Notes: generated by a model from the letters alone, not told the origin. DNA of 64,000 bases from Escherichia coli (GCF_013122565.1 NZ_CP053258.1), one strand, 5' to 3'. Shown: positions 37,023 to 55,442, counted from the first letter of the stretch. Numbers and translations: made by a program.

Positions 37023-38357
37023 TTACTCTTCTGTCGTTTGCGGTGGCACGCCCGTTCCGCTTGGTTTACGGCGCTTACCAATATTTTTGGTGTCGCGATG
37101 GCGTTTTTTCACCCGCGGCTTCTCTTTCTCTTTAGCTTTTTTCTTCTCGGCGCGTTTTGCCAGTACTTTCTTCGATGGCTTGCCGGTCTGCTTCTCGCTT
37201 GGCGCACGCGTTTTCGGGCGTAACTCATCAATTACGCGAGCTTTAATTGGCTCTTCAATATAGCGACCAACTTTGCCCAGCAGCAGATGGTCATGGGCTT
37301 CTACCAGCGAAATTGCGGTGCCTTTACGACCGGCGCGCGCGGTACGTCCGATACGGTGCAAATAAGTATCGCCACTGCGCGGCATATCGAAGTTAAAGAC
37401 GTGGCTGACGTCAGGAATGTCGATACCGCGCGCGGCAACATCGGTTGCAACCAGTACGTTTACGCGACCTTCGGTCAAACGCTTGATCGCTTCGTTACGC
37501 TTGCCTTGTACCATCTCACCTTCGAGATAGCAGTTGTTGATGCCCGCTTCGCGCAGCCAGTTTGCCAGCTCATGCACACGTTCACGCTTACGCACAAACA
37601 CAATTGAGCGGGTCGCTTCCGGCTGTTTTAACAGATGCACCAGCAACGCGGTTTTATGCTCAAGATCATCGGCACGGTAATACCACTGATGAATTTTTTT
37701 GCGCTCACGGGTGGACGGATTGGCAGAAACTTCCACCGGATCTTCCAGCAGACGCTCGGCAAAGTCCTGAATCGCATCGCCTTCCAGCGTTGCCGAAAAG
37801 AGCAGGGTCTGTTTACGCCAGCGCGTTTCGCCAGCAATATGCTCGATATCCTGAGCGAAGCCCATATCCAGCATACGGTCTGCTTCGTCGAGGATCAGCG
37901 TTTCAACCGCGCGGCAATCGAAGTTCTCTTCTTTTATGTATTGCAGCAGACGTCCGGTCGTGGCGACCACGATGTCCTGATTTTCGCTGAACACTTCCGC
38001 GTGGTTCATATAGGCTACGCCGCCGGTGATGGTGGCGATATCCAGATGCGTATGTTTCGCCAGTTCGCGGGCATGATCGGCTACCTGCATCGCCAGCTCG
38101 CGAGTTGGGGTGAGGATCAAAATACGCGGCGGACCGGATTTCTTACGTGGGAAATCGAGCAGGTGCTGCAACGCTGGCAGCAGATACGCCGCCGTTTTAC
38201 CGGTGCCTGTCGGCGCAGAACCGAGTACATCACGGCCATCGAGCGCAGGCGGAATGGCGGCAGCCTGAATGGCGGTCGGGCGAGTGAAACCTTTATCCTG
38301 GAGGGCTTCCAGCAGGCTTTCGTCGAGTTCAAGTTCGGAAAAAGTCGTTACAGTCAT
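37023..38357 (-). CDS. srmB: DEAD-box ATP-dependent RNA helicase SrmB
   Basis: 444-aa ORF with [17 protein letters not shown] and HRIGRTAR motifs and basic C-terminal tail. Confidence 0.95.
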   Translation of the reverse strand: MTVTTFSELELDESLLEALQDKGFTRPTAIQAAAIPPALDGRDVLGSAPTGTGKTAAYLLPALQHLLDFPRKKSGPPRILILTPTRELAMQVADHARELAKHTHLDIATITGGVAYMNHAEVFSENQDIVVATTGRLLQYIKEENFDCRAVETLILDEADRMLDMGFAQDIEHIAGETRWRKQTLLFSATLEGDAIQDFAERLLEDPVEVSANPSTRERKKIHQWYYRADDLEHKTALLVHLLKQPEATRSIVFVRKRERVHELANWLREAGINNCYLEGEMVQGKRNEAIKRLTEGRVNVLVATDVAARGIDIPDVSHVFNFDMPRSGDTYLHRIGRTARAGRKGTAISLVEAHDHLLLGKVGRYIEEPIKARVIDELRPKTRAPSEKQTGKPSKKVLAKRAEKKKAKEKEKPRVKKRHRDTKNIGKRRKPSGTGVPPQTTEE

Positions 38358-38488
38358 GTTCTACCTCTGTGTGGGGCGCTGATTATAGACGTTACGGCTG
38401 CAATCTTCATCTGTTTGTATGGATATCGCTTCTCGGGTATTGTTCTCACCCGGTGCTATCGCCGTTTTTCCTGCAAGGTTTTATTTTC

Positions 38489-40842
<2,354 letters not shown>

Positions 40843-41130
40843 TTAATTTACTAAACACGGTTTGGTCAGCATAGCATCATGTTGTGCGAATAAACACCTG
40901 CTATTTTAATATTTGTTACAGTGGCTAAACACGCTGACGCAGGGCGGCGAGAAAAAGAGAAGTTACTGGCTGGTGGAGGATTAGGTGGTGAAATAAAAAG
41001 GCCGTTGGGTTACTCTTCAGGCAGTTAAATGGGCATTTCTACACAGATAATGCGATGTTCAGATTCTGTAGACTTATAATGATAGATAATGATCCGTCTA
41101 CAGCATGACAAACAAAAACAGATGCGTTAC

Positions 41131-41158
41131 GGAACTTTACAAAAACGAGACACTCTAA
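41131..41158 (+). promoter_or_regulatory. sigmaE-dependent rpoE promoter (-35 GGAACTT, -10 TCTAA)
   Basis: GGAACTT at 41131-41137, 16-nt spacer, TCTAA at 41154-41158, about 85 bp upstream of rpoE ATG. Confidence 0.55.
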
Positions 41159-41240
41159 CCCTTTGCTTGCTCAAATTGCAGCTAATGGAGTGGCGTTTCG
41201 ATAGCGCGTGGAAATTTGGTTTGGGGAGACTTTACCTCGG

Positions 41241-41816
41241 ATGAGCGAGCAGTTAACGGACCAGGTCCTGGTTGAACGGGTCCAGAAGGGAGATCAGAAA
41301 GCCTTTAACTTACTGGTAGTGCGCTATCAGCATAAAGTGGCGAGTCTGGTTTCCCGCTATGTGCCGTCGGGTGATGTTCCCGATGTGGTACAAGAAGCTT
41401 TTATTAAAGCCTATCGTGCGCTGGATTCGTTCCGGGGAGATAGCGCTTTTTATACATGGCTGTATCGGATTGCTGTAAATACAGCGAAAAATTACCTGGT
41501 TGCTCAGGGGCGTCGTCCACCTTCCAGTGATGTGGATGCCATTGAAGCTGAAAACTTCGAAAGTGGCGGCGCGTTGAAAGAAATTTCGAACCCTGAGAAC
41601 TTAATGTTGTCAGAAGAACTGAGACAGATAGTTTTCCGAACTATTGAGTCCCTCCCGGAAGATTTACGCATGGCAATAACCTTGCGGGAGCTGGATGGCC
41701 TGAGCTATGAAGAGATAGCCGCTATCATGGATTGTCCGGTAGGTACGGTGCGTTCACGTATCTTCCGAGCGAGGGAAGCTATTGATAACAAAGTTCAACC
41801 GCTTATCAGGCGTTGA
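41241..41816 (+). CDS. rpoE: RNA polymerase sigma factor sigma-E (sigma24)
   Basis: ORF track 41208..41816; ATG at 41241 gives MSEQLTDQVLVERVQKGDQKAFNLLVVRYQHK..., 191 aa. Confidence 0.96.
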   Translation: MSEQLTDQVLVERVQKGDQKAFNLLVVRYQHKVASLVSRYVPSGDVPDVVQEAFIKAYRALDSFRGDSAFYTWLYRIAVNTAKNYLVAQGRRPPSSDVDAIEAENFESGGALKEISNPENLMLSEELRQIVFRTIESLPEDLRMAITLRELDGLSYEEIAAIMDCPVGTVRSRIFRAREAIDNKVQPLIRR

Positions 41817-41848
41817 CGATAGCGGGATACTGGATAAGGGTATTAGGC

Positions 41849-42499
41849 ATGCAGAAAGAACAACTTTCCGCTTTAATGGATGGCGAAACGCTGGATAGTG
41901 AGCTGCTTAACGAACTGGCTCATAACCCAGAAATGCAGAAAACCTGGGAAAGCTATCACTTAATCCGTGACTCAATGCGGGGTGATACTCCCGAGGTGCT
42001 CCATTTCGATATCTCTTCACGCGTGATGGCCGCCATTGAAGAAGAGCCAGTACGTCAACCGGCGACATTGATCCCGGAAGCCCAGCCTGCGCCGCATCAA
42101 TGGCAGAAAATGCCATTCTGGCAGAAAGTACGTCCGTGGGCGGCACAGCTTACCCAAATGGGCGTAGCCGCATGCGTATCGCTTGCAGTTATCGTTGGCG
42201 TCCAGCACTATAATGGACAATCTGAAACGTCCCAGCAGCCCGAAACGCCGGTATTTAATACACTGCCGATGATGGGTAAAGCCAGCCCGGTAAGCCTGGG
42301 AGTACCTTCTGAAGCGACCGCAAACAATGGTCAACAGCAGCAGGTACAGGAGCAGCGTCGTCGCATTAATGCAATGTTGCAGGATTACGAACTGCAACGC
42401 CGACTCCACTCTGAACAGCTTCAGTTTGAGCAGGCGCAAACCCAGCAAGCCGCTGTACAGGTGCCAGGAATTCAAACTTTAGGAACGCAATCGCAGTAA
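41849..42499 (+). CDS. rseA: anti-sigma-E factor RseA
   Basis: ORF track 41813..42499; ATG at 41849 gives MQKEQLSALMDGETLDSELLNELAHNPE..., 216 aa. Confidence 0.95.
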   Translation: MQKEQLSALMDGETLDSELLNELAHNPEMQKTWESYHLIRDSMRGDTPEVLHFDISSRVMAAIEEEPVRQPATLIPEAQPAPHQWQKMPFWQKVRPWAAQLTQMGVAACVSLAVIVGVQHYNGQSETSQQPETPVFNTLPMMGKASPVSLGVPSEATANNGQQQQVQEQRRRINAMLQDYELQRRLHSEQLQFEQAQTQQAAVQVPGIQTLGTQSQ

Positions 42500-43455
42500 T
42501 GAAGCAACTTTGGTTTGCCATGTCATTAGTGACAGGTAGCCTGTTATTCTCTGCTAACGCCTCGGCCACTCCCGCGTCCGGGGCGTTATTACAGCAGATG
42601 AACCTGGCCAGTCAGTCACTGAATTACGAGCTGTCATTCATCAGCATCAATAAACAGGGTGTTGAGTCTCTGCGTTATCGACATGCACGCCTCGATAACC
42701 GTCCTCTTGCACAATTGTTGCAAATGGATGGCCCGCGCCGGGAAGTGGTACAGCGCGGCAATGAAATCAGCTATTTTGAACCGGGACTTGAACCGTTCAC
42801 GCTTAATGGCGATTACATTGTTGATTCTCTGCCATCGCTCATCTATACCGATTTCAAACGCCTTTCTCCTTACTACGACTTTATCTCCGTCGGGCGCACG
42901 CGTATTGCTGATCGTCTTTGCGAAGTTATTCGCGTGGTTGCCCGAGATGGTACACGCTACAGCTACATCGTGTGGATGGACACCGAATCGAAATTACCGA
43001 TGAGGGTTGATCTCCTTGATCGCGATGGTGAAACGCTGGAACAATTTCGCGTGATTGCTTTTAATGTCAATCAGGATATCAGCAGCAGTATGCAGACGCT
43101 GGCGAAGGCAAATTTGCCGCCGTTGCTTTCTGTTCCTGTAGGTGAAAAAGCTAAATTCAGCTGGACGCCAACCTGGTTGCCACAGGGTTTTAGCGAAGTT
43201 TCCAGTAGTCGACGTCCGCTACCGACGATGGACAACATGCCTATCGAATCACGTCTCTATTCCGACGGATTATTCAGCTTCTCGGTAAACGTTAACCGCG
43301 CTACGCCATCGAGCACCGATCAGATGTTGCGCACCGGACGCAGAACCGTCAGTACAAGCGTACGTGATAACGCCGAAATCACCATTGTCGGTGAACTGCC
43401 GCCGCAAACGGCGAAACGCATTGCCGAGAATATTAAGTTCGGGGCAGCGCAATGA
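42499..43455 (+). CDS. rseB: sigma-E regulatory protein RseB
   Basis: 318-aa ORF with signal peptide MKQLWFAMSLVTGSLLFSANASA; start overlaps rseA stop. Confidence 0.95.
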   Translation: MKQLWFAMSLVTGSLLFSANASATPASGALLQQMNLASQSLNYELSFISINKQGVESLRYRHARLDNRPLAQLLQMDGPRREVVQRGNEISYFEPGLEPFTLNGDYIVDSLPSLIYTDFKRLSPYYDFISVGRTRIADRLCEVIRVVARDGTRYSYIVWMDTESKLPMRVDLLDRDGETLEQFRVIAFNVNQDISSSMQTLAKANLPPLLSVPVGEKAKFSWTPTWLPQGFSEVSSSRRPLPTMDNMPIESRLYSDGLFSFSVNVNRATPSSTDQMLRTGRRTVSTSVRDNAEITIVGELPPQTAKRIAENIKFGAAQ

Positions 43456-43931
43456 TCAAAGAGTGGGCTACCGTCGTCTCCTGGCAAAACGGGCAGGCGC
43501 TGGTCAGTTGTGATGTTAAAGCCTCATGCAGCAGCTGCGCTTCACGCGCCGGTTGCGGTAGCCGCGTGTTGAATAAACTTGGCCCGCAAACCACGCATAC
43601 CATTGTCGTACCCTGTGATGAGCCGTTAGTGCCGGGGCAAAAAGTGGAATTGGGGATCGCCGAAGGCAGCCTGCTTAGCTCCGCATTACTGGTTTATATG
43701 TCGCCGCTGGTGGGATTATTCCTCATCGCTTCGCTATTTCAGCTACTCTTTGCTTCTGACGTCGCAGCATTATGTGGTGCTGTCCTCGGCGGTATTAGCG
43801 GGTTCCTGATTGCGCGTGGCTACTCGCGTAAGTTTGCTGCCCGGGCAGAATGGCAACCGATCATCTTAAGCGTGGCATTGCCGCCTGGCCTTGTGCGATT
43901 TGAAACATCTTCGGAAGACGCGAGCCAGTGA
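43452..43931 (+). CDS. rseC: sigma-E regulatory protein RseC
   Basis: 159-aa ORF MIKEWATVVSWQNGQALVSCDVKASCSSC...; overlaps rseB stop. Confidence 0.93.
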   Translation: MIKEWATVVSWQNGQALVSCDVKASCSSCASRAGCGSRVLNKLGPQTTHTIVVPCDEPLVPGQKVELGIAEGSLLSSALLVYMSPLVGLFLIASLFQLLFASDVAALCGAVLGGISGFLIARGYSRKFAARAEWQPIILSVALPPGLVRFETSSEDASQ

Positions 43932-44128
43932 TTTCACTGGCTTTGTTGCATTTTGCATAACAAATGCGAGGACGTTTCCAGATACCACAATCCATACGGT
44001 ATGAACATTTCCTCGCCTCAATGTTGTAGTGTAGAATGCGGCGTTTCTATTAATACAGACGTTAAGCTCAGAACAGCGACTTCTAAAAGCCTGGTTAACC
44101 GGGCATTAAGGCACAATAATCATACTTT

Positions 44129-45928
<1,800 letters not shown>

Positions 45929-45943
45929 CCCTTAGGAGTTGGC

Positions 45944-46918
45944 ATGGCGAATATGTTTGCCCTGATTCTGGTGATTGCCACACTGGTGACGGGCATTTTA
46001 TGGTGCGTGGATAAATTCTTTTTCGCACCTAAACGGCGGGAACGTCAGGCAGCGGCGCAGGCGGCTGCCGGGGACTCACTGGATAAAGCAACGTTGAAAA
46101 AGGTTGCGCCGAAGCCTGGCTGGCTGGAAACCGGTGCTTCTGTATTTCCGGTGCTGGCTATCGTATTGATTGTGCGTTCGTTTATTTATGAACCGTTCCA
46201 GATCCCGTCAGGTTCGATGATGCCGACTCTGTTAATCGGTGATTTTATTCTGGTAGAGAAGTTTGCTTATGGCATTAAAGATCCTATCTACCAGAAAACG
46301 CTGATCGAAACCGGTCATCCTAAACGCGGCGATATCGTGGTCTTTAAATATCCGGAAGATCCAAAGCTTGATTACATCAAGCGCGCGGTTGGTTTACCAG
46401 GCGATAAAGTCACTTATGATCCGGTCTCAAAAGAGCTGACGATTCAACCGGGATGCAGTTCCGGCCAGGCATGTGAAAACGCGCTGCCGGTCACCTACTC
46501 AAACGTGGAACCGAGCGATTTCGTTCAGACCTTCTCACGCCGTAATGGTGGGGAAGCGACCAGCGGATTCTTTGAAGTGCCGAAAAACGAAACCAAAGAA
46601 AATGGAATTCGTCTTTCCGAGCGTAAAGAGACACTGGGTGATGTGACGCACCGAATTCTGACAGTGCCGATTGCGCAGGACCAGGTGGGGATGTATTACC
46701 AGCAGCCAGGGCAACAACTGGCAACCTGGATTGTTCCGCCGGGACAATACTTCATGATGGGCGACAACCGCGACAACAGCGCGGACAGCCGTTACTGGGG
46801 CTTTGTGCCGGAAGCGAATCTGGTCGGTCGGGCAACGGCTATCTGGATGAGCTTCGATAAGCAAGAAGGCGAATGGCCGACTGGTCTGCGCTTAAGTCGC
46901 ATTGGCGGCATCCATTAA
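45944..46918 (+). CDS. lepB: signal peptidase I
   Basis: 324-aa ORF MANMFALILVIATLVTGILWCVDKFFFAPK... with catalytic SGSMMPTL motif. Confidence 0.96.
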   Translation: MANMFALILVIATLVTGILWCVDKFFFAPKRRERQAAAQAAAGDSLDKATLKKVAPKPGWLETGASVFPVLAIVLIVRSFIYEPFQIPSGSMMPTLLIGDFILVEKFAYGIKDPIYQKTLIETGHPKRGDIVVFKYPEDPKLDYIKRAVGLPGDKVTYDPVSKELTIQPGCSSGQACENALPVTYSNVEPSDFVQTFSRRNGGEATSGFFEVPKNETKENGIRLSERKETLGDVTHRILTVPIAQDQVGMYYQQPGQQLATWIVPPGQYFMMGDNRDNSADSRYWGFVPEANLVGRATAIWMSFDKQEGEWPTGLRLSRIGGIH

Positions 46919-46930
46919 TAGCCATCTTCG

Positions 46931-46970
46931 TTCACGTTGTCGCCGTTATGGCGACAACGTGAATTATTTA
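46931..46970 (+). terminator. perfect 14-bp hairpin after lepB (probable lepA-lepB terminator)
   Basis: TTCACGTTGTCGCC-GTTAT-GGCGACAACGTGAA followed by TTATTTA. Confidence 0.5.
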
Positions 46971-47062
46971 TGAGATAAATCTCCCGTGGCTAACGACATC
47001 CCCCGTCGTTGTGTATAGAATATTCCCCCGAAGTTTAAGGTTGGCACCTCCAGGTTGCCACG

Positions 47063-47156
47063 GCACACGAAACAGCGTTGGTCCCCATATACCGGTAAAC
47101 TGAAACTGCAGCGAAGCAGTTAGCAGAACCATGTATATCAGGTCTGTTTCGTGTGC
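47063..47156 (+). promoter_or_regulatory. rnc 5' leader stem-loop (candidate RNase III autoregulatory processing site)
   Basis: GCACACGAAACAG (47063-47075) pairs with CTGTTTCGTGTGC (47144-47156), a 13-bp long-range stem enclosing about 68 nt, just upstream of rnc ATG at 47190. Confidence 0.5.
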
Positions 47157-47159
47157 TGA

Positions 47160-48772
<1,613 letters not shown>

Positions 48773-48783
48773 GAGTCACTCCG

Positions 48784-49512
48784 ATGGAAGGCTGGCAGCG
48801 CGCATTTGTCCTGCATAGTCGCCCGTGGAGCGAAACCAGCCTGATGCTGGACGTCTTCACGGAGGAATCGGGTCGCGTGCGTCTGGTTGCCAAAGGCGCA
48901 CGCTCTAAACGCTCTACTCTGAAAGGTGCATTACAGCCTTTCACCCCTCTCTTGCTACGTTTCGGCGGGCGTGGTGAAGTCAAAACGCTGCGCAGTGCTG
49001 AAGCTGTCTCGCTGGCGCTGCCATTAAGCGGTATCACGCTTTACAGCGGTCTGTACATCAACGAACTTCTCTCCCGCGTACTGGAATACGAGACGCGCTT
49101 CTCTGAACTCTTTTTCGATTACTTACATTGCATTCAGTCTCTGGCCGGTGCCACTGGTACGCCAGAACCCGCGCTGCGCCGCTTTGAACTGGCACTGCTC
49201 GGGCATCTGGGCTATGGCGTCAATTTTACCCATTGTGCGGGTAGCGGCGAGCCGGTAGATGACACCATGACGTATCGTTATCGCGAAGAAAAAGGGTTTA
49301 TCGCAAGCGTCGTTATCGACAATAAAACGTTCACCGGAAGGCAGTTAAAAGCGTTAAACGCGCGGGAATTTCCTGACGCAGACACACTACGCGCCGCGAA
49401 ACGCTTTACCCGCATGGCGCTTAAGCCGTATCTTGGCGGTAAACCATTAAAGAGCAGGGAACTGTTCCGGCAGTTTATGCCTAAGCGAACGGTGAAAACA
49501 CATTATGAATGA
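48784..49512 (+). CDS. recO: DNA repair protein RecO
   Basis: 242-aa [43 protein letters not shown]... Confidence 0.95.
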
Positions 49513-49523
49513 TGAGGATTGTC

Positions 49524-50255
49524 ATGGCTGAATTACTGTTAGGCGTCAACATTGACCATATTGCAACGCTGCGTAACGCACGCGGTACTGCTTACCCGGA
49601 TCCGGTGCAGGCGGCGTTTATTGCTGAGCAGGCGGGAGCAGACGGCATTACCGTGCATTTACGTGAAGATCGCCGCCACATTACTGACCGCGATGTGCGC
49701 ATCCTGCGTCAGACGCTGGATACCCGCATGAATCTGGAGATGGCAGTGACCGAAGAGATGCTGGCGATCGCCGTTGAGACGAAGCCACATTTTTGCTGCC
49801 TGGTACCGGAAAAGCGTCAGGAAGTCACGACCGAAGGCGGCCTGGACGTCGCAGGGCAGCGTGACAAAATGCGAGATGCCTGCAAACGTCTGGCGGATGC
49901 CGGGATTCAGGTTTCTCTGTTTATCGACGCCGATGAAGAGCAGATCAAAGCTGCGGCAGAGGTTGGCGCACCGTTTATCGAGATCCACACTGGTTGCTAT
50001 GCTGATGCCAAAACTGACGCCGAACAGGCGCAAGAGCTGGCGCGTATCGCCAAAGCCGCGACCTTTGCCGCTAGTCTCGGTCTGAAAGTTAACGCTGGTC
50101 ACGGTCTGACCTATCACAACGTGAAAGCCATTGCCGCCATTCCTGAGATGCACGAACTGAATATCGGTCATGCCATTATTGGTCGTGCAGTGATGACCGG
50201 ACTGAAAGATGCGGTGGCAGAAATGAAGCGTCTGATGCTGGAAGCGCGTGGCTAA
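49524..50255 (+). CDS. pdxJ: pyridoxine 5'-phosphate synthase
   Basis: ORF track 49509..50255; ATG at 49524 gives [27 protein letters not shown]..., 243 aa. Confidence 0.95.
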
Positions 50256-50635
50256 TGGCAATATTAGGTTTAGGTACGGATATTGTGGAGATCGCTCGCA
50301 TAGAAGCGGTGATCGCCCGATCCGGTGATCGCCTGGCACGCCGCGTATTAAGCGATAACGAATGGGCAATCTGGAAAACGCACCACCAGCCGGTGCGTTT
50401 TCTGGCGAAGCGTTTTGCTGTGAAAGAAGCGGCGGCAAAAGCGTTTGGCACCGGGATCCGCAATGGTCTGGCGTTTAATCAATTTGAAGTATTCAATGAT
50501 GAGCTCGGCAAACCACGGCTACGGCTATGGGGGGAGGCATTAAAACTGGCGGAAAAGCTCGGCGTTGTAAATATGCATGTAACGCTGGCAGATGAACGCC
50601 ACTATGCTTGTGCCACGGTAATTATTGAAAGTTAA
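50255..50635 (+). CDS. acpS: holo-[acyl-carrier-protein] synthase
   Basis: 126-aa [35 protein letters not shown]...; start overlaps pdxJ stop by 1 nt. Confidence 0.95.
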   Translation: MAILGLGTDIVEIARIEAVIARSGDRLARRVLSDNEWAIWKTHHQPVRFLAKRFAVKEAAAKAFGTGIRNGLAFNQFEVFNDELGKPRLRLWGEALKLAEKLGVVNMHVTLADERHYACATVIIES

Positions 50636-50654
50636 AAAAATACCGTTCTCTTTA

Positions 50655-50730
50655 TAAAGTAAAACCCCCGAACTGGTAAGGAACGGGGGTTTTACTTTAT
50701 TTTGTGCAGCACGCACCCTCAATGAGGATA
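50655..50730 (-). ncRNA. ohsC: candidate OhsC antitoxin sRNA (antisense regulator of shoB); boundaries approximate
   Basis: Minus-strand RNA from about 50725 to the terminator at 50661-50693 would carry the complement of 50704-50725, which is a near-copy of 50951-50972 in the shoB 5' UTR (19/22 identical; two differences become G-U pairs). Candidate -10 CATAAT (plus 50731-50736) and -35 TTGTAA (plus 50755-50760) on minus strand. Confidence 0.45.
50661..50699. terminator. bidirectional rho-independent terminator (acpS operon on plus strand; likely also ohsC on minus strand)
   Basis: AAAACCCCCG-13-nt loop-CGGGGGTTTT, flanked by T-runs on both strands. Confidence 0.6.
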
Positions 50731-51045
50731 ATTATGGATCAGTGTGGTTATCTTTTACAAGCAACTTGCAATCTTTAGTATAAAAACTCGAGCCTTGACG
50801 AAGAAATCGATATTGATGGCAAGATTAACGTGACCGCCAATTCATAAGTACATTAAAATTGGCTTCGTTATTAGAGATTTTGCTGTGCTTTACACCATGC
50901 CACTGAATTCCCCCATTGAAACGAGTGGTGTCGTCAAAGCTCTGGTGTGGAGTGCAGCATGTACCCTCAATAACTCGCACGTTCAGTTTTGGGGAGATGT
51001 AAGGGCTAATCTGAACGGCTGCATTCCTTGTTTAAGGAAAAACGA

Positions 51046-51126
51046 ATGACTGATTGCCGATACCTGATTAAACGGGTCATCAAAATCATCATTGCTGTTT
51101 TACAGCTGATCCTTCTGTTCTTATAA
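51046..51126 (+). CDS. shoB: type I toxin ShoB, 26-aa hydrophobic peptide
   Basis: ATG at 51046 translates MTDCRYLIKRVIKIIIAVLQLILLFL then TAA; single predicted transmembrane helix; below ORF-track cutoff. Hairpin GCGTCCG/CGGACGC at 51149-51172 downstream. Confidence 0.8.
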   Translation: MTDCRYLIKRVIKIIIAVLQLILLFL

Positions 51127-51319
51127 CACAAGGAAACGTACTTAAGGTGCGTCCGGTGAACCAGTCGGACGCGCCTTTAATAACTATAAATAAGTGTCTG
51201 GGCAGATACTATATAAATTAACTTAGTGAATGATTATGCCAATGTCATCAATCAAAAAAATATAATAGCGTTAAGGTTTCTCTATAAAATAATTAACACT
51301 CTACATCCAGAGTAGAATA

Positions 51320-51616
<297 letters not shown>

Positions 51617-51635
51617 TTATACGCGCATTCTTTAC

Positions 51636-52484
51636 TCAGACCAGTTTTTTCACCAGCGCTTCACTATGACGAATACGTTCTGGTGCCAGTTCCAGATCCT
51701 GCTGAATCAGCGCAATGAACAGCAAATCCGTTAACATTCCCTGCGCGTGACAAGCAGAGATTGAAGCACTGTTTGTCGCTTGTTCTTCGGCAATGGTATA
51801 CAGGCAATGAGAAGCACGCTGTTGCAGGGCATTGGGAGTAAAGCCGGTAATCGCCAGCACTTTTCCGCCCACTCGCAGCATCTCATCTGCTGCCAGGTTT
51901 AACTCGCGTCGTACACCGGTGTAAGAAATGGCTAATAACAGATCGTCAGGGGACGACGCCTGTACGGTAGCGAGTAGCGCATGCATATCGCGCACTGCGG
52001 CAGCATTGAAGCCAATCTTCATCAGCTTCCAGGCAAAGTTTTGCGCCACCAGACCCGAAGCGCCAATACCGGTCAGAATTATCCGCCGCGCAGAGCGCAA
52101 CATTGTTACGCATTCATGCAGTTTCTCTTCACTATTAACGTTTAGCGTTGCGTACATAGCGGCAGTATTTTCTTTAATCAGTTTTTCGCCGACCAGCCGT
52201 AACGGATCATCACCGCGGATTTGGTTATGAATGGGCACGGAGGGAGATTCCGGCTGGCTTGCCAGCGCTTCACTCAATGCTAACTTAAGCGCCGGAAAAC
52301 CTTTATAGCCGAGTTTTTGTGCGAACTTCACGACGCTGGACTGACTGACTCCGGCTTCGTTGGCCAGTTGCTGAGAGCTTAAATGGCGCGCCGTATCAGG
52401 TTGTAGCAGCAGATAATCCGCCAGTTTTTTATCACTCTGGGCAAGCCCCTGGTAACGCTGACGGATACGAAGTAAGCCGTTCAT
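51636..52484 (-). CDS. yfhH: RpiR/MurR-family transcriptional regulator with SIS domain (YfhH)
   Basis: ORF track 51636..52556; ATG at 52484 gives MNGLLRIRQRYQGLAQSDKKLADYLL..., 282 aa; N-terminal HTH and C-terminal SIS. Confidence 0.85.
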   Translation of the reverse strand: MNGLLRIRQRYQGLAQSDKKLADYLLLQPDTARHLSSQQLANEAGVSQSSVVKFAQKLGYKGFPALKLALSEALASQPESPSVPIHNQIRGDDPLRLVGEKLIKENTAAMYATLNVNSEEKLHECVTMLRSARRIILTGIGASGLVAQNFAWKLMKIGFNAAAVRDMHALLATVQASSPDDLLLAISYTGVRRELNLAADEMLRVGGKVLAITGFTPNALQQRASHCLYTIAEEQATNSASISACHAQGMLTDLLFIALIQQDLELAPERIRHSEALVKKLV

Positions 52485-52692
52485 ATCTTTCCTCGCGATG
52501 AAATAGTGGCGACAACAGGCAATATGAGACAAACGCGAGTGAATTTTATATTCCATTGCCGCTAATTGCCATGAATTAAAAATTCCAGTTAGCCATGATG
52601 CGGTCGATTGTTGCCGGAAAAGTGATGATCTATCTGTTAGGCTATGTAGTAGCGAAAATTAATCAGGATGTTTCAGTCCAGAGGAGTATGGT

Positions 52693-53328
52693 TTGGCAAC
52701 TCACGAGCGTCGTGTGGTGTTTTTTGACTTAGATGGAACATTGCATCAGCAGGATATGTTCGGCAGTTTTTTGCGTTATTTACTGCGTCGCCAACCGCTG
52801 AATGCGTTGCTTGTCCTGCCGTTGTTGCCGATCATAGCCATTGCGTTATTGATAAAAGGCCGTGCGGCACGCTGGCCGATGAGTCTGCTTCTGTGGGGAT
52901 GCACTTTTGGTCACAATGAAGCGCGTTTGCAGGCGTTGCAGGCCGATTTCGTACGCTGGTTTCGTGACAATGTTACCGCCTTTCCGCTGGTTCAGGAGCG
53001 ATTAACCACCTACCTGTTAAGTTCCGATGCTGATATCTGGTTGATTACCGGCTCTCCGCAGCCGCTGGTTGAAGCGGTTTATTTTGATACGCCCTGGCTG
53101 CCGCGGGTTAATCTTATCGCCAGTCAGATTCAGCGTGGCTATGGTGGTTGGGTATTGACGATGCGTTGCCTCGGGCATGAGAAGGTCGCGCAACTGGAGC
53201 GTAAAATCGGCACGCCACTGCGGTTGTACAGTGGCTATAGCGACAGTAATCAGGACAATCCGCTGCTTTATTTCTGTCAGCATCGTTGGCGAGTAACCCC
53301 GCGCGGTGAACTCCAGCAACTGGAATAG
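52693..53328 (+). CDS. pgpC: phosphatidylglycerophosphatase C (HAD family), TTG start
   Basis: 211-aa ORF (M)ATHERRVVFFDLDGTLHQQ... with HAD motif DLDGT; TTG start at 52693 preceded by GAGGAG. Confidence 0.88.
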   Translation: MATHERRVVFFDLDGTLHQQDMFGSFLRYLLRRQPLNALLVLPLLPIIAIALLIKGRAARWPMSLLLWGCTFGHNEARLQALQADFVRWFRDNVTAFPLVQERLTTYLLSSDADIWLITGSPQPLVEAVYFDTPWLPRVNLIASQIQRGYGGWVLTMRCLGHEKVAQLERKIGTPLRLYSGYSDSNQDNPLLYFCQHRWRVTPRGELQQLE

Positions 53329-53340
53329 AGTAAAGCATAG

Positions 53341-55442
<2,102 letters not shown>

